Positions 35,921 through 42,748 of a stretch of DNA of 42,748 nucleotides are shown in pieces. The notes beneath the pieces are model-generated. The model was not told the DNA's origin and did not search any database. It saw only the letters and a program-made list of their open reading frames with translations. Every line of letters begins with the position of its first letter. The first letter of the stretch is position 1. The DNA comes from a virus. Taxonomy: Duplodnaviria > Caudoviricetes. The stretch lies in the IMG/VR virus record IMGVR_UViG_3300033067_002328, positions 1 through 42,748 of that record; one strand, 5' to 3'. The position numbers and the translations under genes were made by a program.

Positions 35921-37282
35921 ATGATCTCCCTCTCCGACTCCTACCTCCGAGTTCCCCTTGACCAGATCACAGTTCTGCGGGATACCCGCCAGCGGAAGTC
36001 CATCGACGTTTCTGACTTGCTAGGCAGCATTCGCCAGCGAGGGGTCCTGAATCCGGTGATCCTCTCCCCCGAGTACGAGCTAGTCGCGGGGGAACGGCGG
36101 CTGGAAGCCTCCCGCCAACTTGGCCTGGCAGACATCCCGGTTCGGTTCACCAACCAGATTCCCCTGCTTGAGCTGCAAATCATCGAGCTGGAGGAGAATC
36201 TTAAGAGGAAAGATCTGGACTGGAAGGACCAGACGGAGGCAATCCAGCGGATTCACCAGCTTTACTGCCAGCAGAGCGCTAGCTGGACCCAGGAGCAGAC
36301 CGCCGAGGCCATCTCCCTCACCCCTGGAATGATCTCCATGTACCTGGCAGTAGCCAAGGAAATGCCGCAGGGGAAGATCCAAGGGGCCACTACCGTCAGG
36401 GAAGCCTACAACACGCTGAAACGGCAGGATCAACGGAAAGCAGGAGAAGCACTTGAGGAACTGGCAGGAGCTTTCAGTGGGGAAGATGCAAAGCAGGAAG
36501 AGGGGGCCGCATCGAGTGGACAACAGCAGGGTTCGTCTGGTCAGGCTTCGCGTCCAGTTTCGCCTCCGCCAACTGACATCCTCAATCTTTCTTTCTTAGA
36601 CTGGGCTCCCAGCTACGCTGGCCCCAAGTTCAACCTAGTCCATTGTGACTTTCCTTACGGAATTGACCTGTTCTCTGGCCCGCAAGGCCGAGGTGCCGAT
36701 CGGCAGGAAGGCTACGCGGATCAGAAGGATGTTTACTTCACCCTGCTGGAATCCTTCTGCCTACATCTCGACCGTTTCATGAGTCTCTCGTCCCACCTCA
36801 TGTTCTGGTACTCCGCAAAGTACCATTTCGAGACCATGGATTTCTTTGCGAAGCATGCCCCTTCCCTGGAGTTCTCCCCTTACCCCCTAGTCTGGGGGAA
36901 GAGTGACAATGCTGGCATTGCAGGGGATGCAAAGAGGGACTTTCGGCATACCTACGAGACCTGTTTGTTTGCCACTCGCGGGGGCAGGAACCTGGTCGGG
37001 ACCAAGGGGGACTGGTACTCCGCTCCCACCGACCGCTCCCTTCACCCCTCCACCAAGCCCGAGCCAATGCTTCGCCACTTCATGAGTGCCCTGGTCGATG
37101 ACTCGACCAACCTCCTTGACCCGACCTGCGGCTCCGGCGCAGCGCTGCGGGCAGCAGAGTCCCTTGGTTCCCAGCGGGTCCTAGGCCTGGAAATCGACCA
37201 AGACCACTATCGGAATGCCTTAGCAGCTCTCCGCGAGTCTCGGCTCAAACGTCGGGCCTCCGAGTCACTTGAGTCCCTTTAA
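35921..37282 (+). CDS. ParB-like domain fused to beta-class N6/N4 DNA methyltransferase
   Basis: SIRQRGVLNPV...LVAGERRL.A...ELEENLKR.DL; then CDFPYG, W.K, HPSTKP and LLDPTCGSG...GLEID. Confidence 0.85.
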   Translation: MISLSDSYLRVPLDQITVLRDTRQRKSIDVSDLLGSIRQRGVLNPVILSPEYELVAGERRLEASRQLGLADIPVRFTNQIPLLELQIIELEENLKRKDLDWKDQTEAIQRIHQLYCQQSASWTQEQTAEAISLTPGMISMYLAVAKEMPQGKIQGATTVREAYNTLKRQDQRKAGEALEELAGAFSGEDAKQEEGAASSGQQQGSSGQASRPVSPPPTDILNLSFLDWAPSYAGPKFNLVHCDFPYGIDLFSGPQGRGADRQEGYADQKDVYFTLLESFCLHLDRFMSLSSHLMFWYSAKYHFETMDFFAKHAPSLEFSPYPLVWGKSDNAGIAGDAKRDFRHTYETCLFATRGGRNLVGTKGDWYSAPTDRSLHPSTKPEPMLRHFMSALVDDSTNLLDPTCGSGAALRAAESLGSQRVLGLEIDQDHYRNALAALRESRLKRRASESLESL

Positions 37283-37305
37283 CCTCCCTTCTGGAAGAAG
37301 AAAAA

Positions 37306-37563
37306 ATGATCGAAAACATTCCTCCCATCCCAACCCTGCTCTCCATCCCGGAGTGCTGCGACACCTGCAGGTTCTCCACCCAGGAGCCCGGCGGGGCAAA
37401 TCTCTTCTGCCGGAGGTATCCCCCGACGACTTTCGTCATTGGGGTGACTCGGGACGACACCACCAAGAGAATCAATGGAAATGAGCAGCTAGCCTGTATG
37501 CCAATTGTCTCTTCTCTGCAGTGGTGCGGGGAATGGAAGCCCAAGCCGACGGATGTCAACTAG
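37306..37563 (+). CDS. Small Cys-rich protein
   Basis: CDTCRF...CRRYPP...P.V....WCGEW pattern. Confidence 0.7.
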   Translation: MIENIPPIPTLLSIPECCDTCRFSTQEPGGANLFCRRYPPTTFVIGVTRDDTTKRINGNEQLACMPIVSSLQWCGEWKPKPTDVN

Positions 37564-37577
37564 CAGCGGGGACCGGG

Positions 37578-37841
37578 ATGCCTGTCGTCGGTAACGCTGG
37601 GGCAACCGAGCTTGAAGTCTCAGTCGTCTCCCGAGACGAAGTCCTCGCGATTTATGACTCCCTCCCCCCTCGGATCAAGGCCATCCACGACGAGGCCCCG
37701 TTTCCTCTCGACCCGGCTCAGCTGATGCAAGCCTGGCTGGCCTACGGGCCTGCGGCCGAAGGGATCATCCTTCGGGTGATTAAACAAAATTTCCCCCTCT
37801 GGCCGGGGCCTTTCCAGCCAAAACCAAAGGCAAAGCCTTGA
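37578..37841 (+). CDS. Hypothetical protein (DUF6525-like)
   Basis: YDSLPP.I.......PF motif. Confidence 0.5.
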   Translation: MPVVGNAGATELEVSVVSRDEVLAIYDSLPPRIKAIHDEAPFPLDPAQLMQAWLAYGPAAEGIILRVIKQNFPLWPGPFQPKPKAKP

Positions 37842-38989
37842 CTCACCAGCCCCTGCCCCCTTTTGCCTCCTTTTCCGGTCCGCGAAACGCCAAACTTCTC
37901 ATCATCGGCGAAGCCTGGGGACAGCACGAGGCCGAGCTTCGGAAGCCCTTCGTGGGGGAATCAGGTAAAGAATTATTCCAAATGCTCGGCGAAGCCTTTC
38001 CCCTTGTCGCCCCGCAGCTCCACGCAGAGATAGTGGCGAGCTTCCGCTATGGCTTAGCCTGGGTGAAGAGGAGGGAGGAATGGTTAACAGCCGCCAGCAT
38101 TGCCTTTACCAATACCTTGAACCTGCGCCCGCCGGGGAATAAAATCCCGGAACTCTGCGCAAGCAAAAAGGAGGTCGGAGGAAAGGATTACCTCCTCCCC
38201 CCAATCGAGGGAACGGGGAAATATCTCCGCCCGGAGTTCTTGCCGGAGTTGACCCGCCTGCAGCAAGAAATTGAGGAAGTCAACCCGAACCTGCTGCTGC
38301 TAGCGGGGGCGAAGGCCTCCTGGGCCTGCCTTCGGCAGACCAACATCAGCAGCATTCGCGGGGCCATTGCTCAGAACCAAGACGGGAGGAAATGCCTCGC
38401 GACTTATCACCCGGCCGGAGTGATGCGCCAATGGTCCTGGAGGCCAATTGTTGTCAATGACCTTATGAAAGCCGCAAGGGAAATGGAGTTCCCGGAGGTC
38501 AAACGGCCGACCAGGGAAATCCTGGTCTCCCCCTCCATTGAGGAAGTGGAGGATTATGTGGAGAAAATCTTGGCCCTGCGACCCCCGCTGCTGGCCTGCG
38601 ACACGGAGACAACGAAAGGGCAGATTAAGTGCATCGGTTTTGCTCATTCCAGGTCGGAAGGCCTAGTAATCCCCCTCATTGACGAGGCAAAGCCAGGGCA
38701 GTCTTACTGGGAGGAGGCCTACCTTGAAGAACGAGCCCTTGCAGCAGCAGCTCGCCTGCTGGAATCAGACATTCCAAAAGTCTTCCAAAACGGCCTTTAC
38801 GACTTCCAATACCTCATGCCCCTCGGCTTCCGCCTCACAGCCTGTCTGGAAGACACCATGCTTTTGCATCACTCCATCCTGCCGGAGATGAAAAAGGGCT
38901 TGGGCTTCCTTGGGAGCAATTACACTGACGAAGTAAGCTGGAAGCTAATGCGCACCGCGAAGCCCGATACGGAGAAAAGAGATGAATAA
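37838..38989 (+). CDS. Uracil-DNA glycosylase-like domain fused to the ExoI/ExoII part of a PolA 3'-5' exonuclease
   Basis: IIGEAWG..E.....PFVG.SG, TN....RPPGN, TYHPA; then LACDTET, FQNGLYD, EDTML.HH and KGLGFLGS.Y. Confidence 0.85.
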   Translation: MTHQPLPPFASFSGPRNAKLLIIGEAWGQHEAELRKPFVGESGKELFQMLGEAFPLVAPQLHAEIVASFRYGLAWVKRREEWLTAASIAFTNTLNLRPPGNKIPELCASKKEVGGKDYLLPPIEGTGKYLRPEFLPELTRLQQEIEEVNPNLLLLAGAKASWACLRQTNISSIRGAIAQNQDGRKCLATYHPAGVMRQWSWRPIVVNDLMKAAREMEFPEVKRPTREILVSPSIEEVEDYVEKILALRPPLLACDTETTKGQIKCIGFAHSRSEGLVIPLIDEAKPGQSYWEEAYLEERALAAAARLLESDIPKVFQNGLYDFQYLMPLGFRLTACLEDTMLLHHSILPEMKKGLGFLGSNYTDEVSWKLMRTAKPDTEKRDE

Positions 38990-39314
38990 AATCAAACCAA
39001 CTAAGAATTTCATGATCTCTCACTTCGGAGACCCCAAGCCAATCCTCATCTTCACCGAGCGAATCGGCTTTGACGCGGCTTTGATCAAGGCTGTCAAGAG
39101 GTACTTTGATCGGAAGAGAGTTATTCTCAACTGGGATGGGGAGTTCTCCCTTCCCCTCTCCTCCATCGTCTTCATCTTTCCCTCAGTCTTGGCTCTCCCC
39201 GTCAACCTCCACCATGTTTACTACCTCGAGTCCCTGGTTGGTGAGATGGAAGCCAATATGGGAGCCGAGTTCTCCTTCAAAATTCACTCAAGAAAAGAGG
39301 CATTGCCGAAATGA
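38982..39314 (+). CDS. Hypothetical protein
   Basis: Overlap-coupled to neighbours. Confidence 0.5.
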   Translation: MNKIKPTKNFMISHFGDPKPILIFTERIGFDAALIKAVKRYFDRKRVILNWDGEFSLPLSSIVFIFPSVLALPVNLHHVYYLESLVGEMEANMGAEFSFKIHSRKEALPK

Positions 39315-39862
39315 CCGCAGAGATCTCCTACCAGCGTTCGAGGTTCTCCCTCTCCCTTCCTCCTTTTCGAGAGATTCTTGCTCGACGGCTGGTTGCCTTG
39401 GGCTTTGCCATCCTTCCTGATTCCAACCTTGTCTCCTTCGCCCGACGAGAGCTGGAACTCGCTGGCCTTTTCTCTCGCGACAGTGACTACGACGGAATGC
39501 TGGCCGAGGCAGCGATAGCCTTGCTGAAAACCTTCTCTTTGGAAGGGCATTCCGGTTTCTCCGCTGGTTTGGCAATTTCCCTCTTCGAGAAAACAAGTCG
39601 GTTCCAGCCACTTACTCCGTTGACGGGGGAGGATTCTGAATGGACTCTCCTTGACTATGACGAGCGTATGACGGCACAGAATAAGCGTTGCTTCAGCGTT
39701 TTCCGTCGGGCAGATGGTACGGCTTATGACATCAATGGGAAGGTTTTTCGCGAGCCCTCTGGCACCTGTTTCACCTCTTCTGCCAGTGTAGTGGAGGTCA
39801 CCTTCCCCTACACCCCGCAGACAGAATATGTTGATGTACCAGAAAGGAACCTGCTTGCATGA
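39311..39862 (+). CDS. Conserved phage hypothetical protein
   Basis: ELELAG...GHSGFSA...PLTPLTGEDSEW...QNKRC..VF motifs. Confidence 0.7.
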   Translation: MTAEISYQRSRFSLSLPPFREILARRLVALGFAILPDSNLVSFARRELELAGLFSRDSDYDGMLAEAAIALLKTFSLEGHSGFSAGLAISLFEKTSRFQPLTPLTGEDSEWTLLDYDERMTAQNKRCFSVFRRADGTAYDINGKVFREPSGTCFTSSASVVEVTFPYTPQTEYVDVPERNLLA

Positions 39863-40026
39863 CCCTCCCAACCTCCCTCCTCACCTCCGTCCTCGTCTCC
39901 TTCCTCTGGTCTTTCATCATCTACGAAAGAACTCAGAATTTCTGGCTTGCCTTCGGCGCCTACTGCATCTTGCAGCCAGTCAACGCCTTTATCCTTGTTC
40001 CAAAGTCTTGGGAGGAGAAGAAATGA
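39859..40026 (+). CDS. 55-aa two-TM membrane protein
   Basis: Hand-translated MTLPTSLLTSVLVSFLWSFIIYERTQNFWLAFGAYCILQPVNAFILVPKSWEEKK; AAGGA RBS; ATGA overlaps at both ends. Confidence 0.55.
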   Translation: MTLPTSLLTSVLVSFLWSFIIYERTQNFWLAFGAYCILQPVNAFILVPKSWEEKK

Positions 40027-40466
40027 ACAAGATAATCTTCGACCTGGATGGAACCCTGGCCCTTGACCATGCCAGGGCAGTTCATCTCAAAAAAGACCCC
40101 AAGGACTGGGACTCCTATTTCTCCCTCGCCGCTTCCGACCTGCCCCATGGTCCAATCCATTCCATCTTCCACGCCCTCTGGGCCAATGGGGCGGAGATTG
40201 AGGTCTGGACGGGCAGGATTGAGAGCCTTCGGGAGATTACCCTGGCTTGGTGTGAGGAGCATGGGCTGCCCATTGATTCCGAAATGCTCCGCATGCGGCC
40301 GACTGGCAGTCGCCAGGAAGACACCGAGATGAAACGGGAGTGGCTACTGGCCGAGCGGGCCCTTGGCAACGAAGTCATTCTGGCCTTTGAGGACCGGCAG
40401 CGAGTCGTGAACATGTGGCGGGCCGAAGGTGTGGTTTGCTGCCAAGTTGCTCCGGGGGATTTCTGA
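40023..40466 (+). CDS. HAD-family phosphatase (T4 PNK 3'-phosphatase-like)
   Basis: IFDLDGTLA, WTGR, MRP.G.R.ED...K and FEDR..VV.MW motifs. Confidence 0.85.
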   Translation: MNKIIFDLDGTLALDHARAVHLKKDPKDWDSYFSLAASDLPHGPIHSIFHALWANGAEIEVWTGRIESLREITLAWCEEHGLPIDSEMLRMRPTGSRQEDTEMKREWLLAERALGNEVILAFEDRQRVVNMWRAEGVVCCQVAPGDF

Positions 40467-40467
40467 G

Positions 40468-42748
40468 TTGACCCTAGTTAAAACAGCCGAGCTAGCAGGC
40501 CTCCGCCTCTCCCCCTCCGACAACCTGCAGGTCTACTGCGGCCTGGACTGTTGCGTTACCCTGGAGGTTCATGAGACAGTTTCCAGCCAGTATTCCCAGG
40601 CACTTCGAGCCGACAGCAACCTGCCAGGAAGCCCAGCAGCCATCTATTCTTTCGAAAGGGCCCTGCAAGCCCCTTACCTCGAGATCATGCAGAGGGGGTT
40701 CCTGGTGGATGAGATTTCCCGCAGGCGTGCCGCCGAGGACTTGACTGCAAAGATGGATTATCTCATGACTCTGCTGGCAGAGCTTGCCACCGCAGTCTGG
40801 GACCAGCCTTTGAATCCAAGAAGCCCGAAACAGCTGCAAGCCTTCTTCTACTCCAAGATGCGAATCCCGGAGATCTGGATTAGCCAGAAGGGAGAGAGGA
40901 AGCTTTCGCTTAATCGAGAAGTCCTGGAGAAACTGCACGAGCGATACTTGTATGCCCGGCCGTTTGTTAACATAATCCTTTCGTACCGGGAACTCGCCAA
41001 ACAGCTGGAAGTTTTCGAAACTGAAATTGACTCGGATGGACGCTTTCGCACCAGTTATAACATCGCCGGGACTGAGTGCATTGCAGGCGATTCACTAGTC
41101 TGGACCAAAGGTGGCCTCCGGACAATGAAAGAGATTTACGAATCACCTCATGCAATCTCTGTCTGGAATGGAGCAGAATTCATCGAGCCTGTTCGCAAAG
41201 TTAAATACGAAAAGAGAGAAGGATTTCAGATCAAACTCGAAGGAGGATTTGAACTTAAATGCTCTGCCAACCACCCAGTTTTGACTCAATTCGGCTTCAT
41301 TGAAGCAAAGGACTTGACTCTTGCGCATCGTATTCAACTCAACGTTGGTTTACCAGAATTATTTGGGCAACATGCACTTCCTCGTGGAGGGCTAATTGAA
41401 CAACTGTCAGAAGACCTGATGGAATTCTACGGTATGATTTTGGCAGACGGTTCTTTGAATGTTTCCTCCGAGCATTATCGAATTCGTCTTTCGAATTCCG
41501 ACTGGACAGTCAAAGCCAGATTCAAAGAACTTGCTTTTTCTCTTTTTCAAATAGAAGCAACGGTGACGGGAGAAGAGACGTACTTTTCCTCCAAAGAGGT
41601 TTGCTCTTGGTTAAAGTCTCTTGGTTTTATTGCAGATGGAGGACTTGGCACTGCCTCTCGCAAAACAATTCCTGCTTCGCTCCTGCGAGGAAAACCAAAT
41701 CTCCTCCGGGCCTTGCTTCGCGGATTGACTCTTGATTCACATATTACCGAAAAAGGAGTAATGTACGGAACACAGAGTCCTCTCATGCAAGAGCAAATTC
41801 AGCAAATTTTGCTAACTCTTGGATTTACCTCAATTAAATTGCAAATGGGCAATTCGATTAAGCTGAATGTCCCAAGGAGATACTGCGGAAGATTTATCTC
41901 CGTCATTGGTTTTATCCAGCAAACTAAACTTGAAACATTAAGCAGTTTGCTCAATGAAAGGTCACAGTGGCACGAGCCGATTGCTTTTGGAAGAAAAACT
42001 CTTGCAGAGATTAAATCGATCGAAGAGTGGTCAGGTGATGTCTTTGACCTCACTATGCCAGAAGGCACGCCTGCACAATACGTTGCACAAGGAATGACAG
42101 TGCATAATACTGGTCGTCCTTCCTCTTCTGAAAACGCCTTCGGCACAGGCGGGAACGCCCAGAACATCGCCCCATCCCTTCGGTATGTTTTCGTCGCTGA
42201 CCCTGGGATGAAAATGTGCGTTATTGATTTGGAGCAGGTCGAGGCAAGGGATGTCGGCTTCTTCTGCGGCTGCCTCTTCGACGATTGGAAATTTCTTGAC
42301 TCCTGCGAAAGCGGAGATCTGCATACCAATAACGCCAAGCTCATTTGGCCGGAGCGTCCCTGGACCGGAGATGCCAGCAAGGATAAGGAGTTGGCAAGCC
42401 AGATCTTCTACCGAGATTTCTCCTTCCGAGACATGGCCAAGAGAGGTGGGCACTTGTCGAACTACTACGGCACCGCTTGGACAGCAGCCCGCAGCCTCAA
42501 GGTTCCAGGGGAAATCATGGAGGAGTTCCAGGCCAGATATATTCGCGGGGGCAGGGATCGGAAAGGAAGGGAGATTGAGCCAGCGTACGGCTGCATCGCC
42601 CGCTGGTGGCAGTGGACAGCCCAACAGTTGCAAACAACTCACACCCTAGTCACTCCCTTCGGGCGCCAAAGGCACTTCTTCGGCAGGCCGGGGGACGACA
42701 CCACCTTGCGGGAGGCTATTGCCTTCTTGCCCCAAAGCACCACCGCCG
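40468..42748 (+). CDS. Family A DNA polymerase with intein (runs off the right edge)
   Basis: Not in the ORF track; TTG 40468. ExoIII VYCGLD, G..VD, LNPRSPKQL, GTE|TGRPSS, N.QNI, motif A DLEQVEAR, motif B RDMAKRGGHLSNYYG and TPFGR. Confidence 0.92.
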   Translation, partial: MTLVKTAELAGLRLSPSDNLQVYCGLDCCVTLEVHETVSSQYSQALRADSNLPGSPAAIYSFERALQAPYLEIMQRGFLVDEISRRRAAEDLTAKMDYLMTLLAELATAVWDQPLNPRSPKQLQAFFYSKMRIPEIWISQKGERKLSLNREVLEKLHERYLYARPFVNIILSYRELAKQLEVFETEIDSDGRFRTSYNIAGTECIAGDSLVWTKGGLRTMKEIYESPHAISVWNGAEFIEPVRKVKYEKREGFQIKLEGGFELKCSANHPVLTQFGFIEAKDLTLAHRIQLNVGLPELFGQHALPRGGLIEQLSEDLMEFYGMILADGSLNVSSEHYRIRLSNSDWTVKARFKELAFSLFQIEATVTGEETYFSSKEVCSWLKSLGFIADGGLGTASRKTIPASLLRGKPNLLRALLRGLTLDSHITEKGVMYGTQSPLMQEQIQQILLTLGFTSIKLQMGNSIKLNVPRRYCGRFISVIGFIQQTKLETLSSLLNERSQWHEPIAFGRKTLAEIKSIEEWSGDVFDLTMPEGTPAQYVAQGMTVHNTGRPSSSENAFGTGGNAQNIAPSLRYVFVADPGMKMCVIDLEQVEARDVGFFCGCLFDDWKFLDSCESGDLHTNNAKLIWPERPWTGDASKDKELASQIFYRDFSFRDMAKRGGHLSNYYGTAWTAARSLKVPGEIMEEFQARYIRGGRDRKGREIEPAYGCIARWWQWTAQQLQTTHTLVTPFGRQRHFFGRPGDDTTLREAIAFLPQSTTA
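41077..42108 (+). mobile_element. Intein (344 aa) with LAGLIDADG homing endonuclease
   Basis: Starts CIAGDS; LKCSANHPV; FYGMILADGS and LLRGLTLDS; ends VFDLT...YVAQGMTVHN with +1 Thr; markedly AT-richer than flanks. Confidence 0.92.

Noticed and set aside
38990-40467. Group I/II intron or split intein explaining the separated polymerase halves
   Set aside because: The interval is fully occupied by coupled ordinary ORFs; no intein terminal motifs or evident intron core.
1-42748. Prophage features (integrase, att sites, host genes), tRNAs or stop-codon recoding
   Set aside because: None recognised; genes read through with the standard code. Lifestyle cannot be settled because the genome is incomplete here.

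Overview
The whole window is part of a tailed dsDNA bacteriophage genome, podovirus-like from its P22-type portal; an alphaproteobacterial host is plausible but only inferred. It has two divergent arms. The minus-strand arm (~1-16.4 kb) carries morphogenesis and lysis genes: a truncated scaffold, two probable ejection proteins (LPD23/zincin and lambda-R-type lysozyme), portal, TerL, several fibre/spike proteins, an NlpC/P60-CHAP endolysin and a TerS candidate. A structured control region lies at ~16.4-18.6 kb. The plus-strand arm (~18.6-42.7 kb) carries many small early genes, then HIRAN, SF1 helicase, Cas4/RecB-like nuclease, an intein-containing AAA ATPase, SSB, a ParB-methyltransferase fusion, a UDG-exonuclease, a HAD phosphatase and an intein-containing PolA that runs off the right edge. 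I saw no integrase, tRNA or CRISPR array. Most notable: (1) three virion fibre/spike-type proteins and a small zincin carry classical Sec-type signal peptides and even Cys counts, suggesting periplasmic maturation of virion appendages; (2) a ~1.2-2.2 kb zone is almost free of CAG/CTG, at the likely first-injected end; (3) the PolA proofreading domain is split between two genes 1.5 kb apart; (4) a hidden, N-truncated Acb2/Tad1-like ORF; (5) an SSB-tail mimic, shared terminal peptide motifs and intergenic GNA-triloop mini-hairpins. All family calls come from motif recognition by eye and counts are hand counts; no database searches were run.
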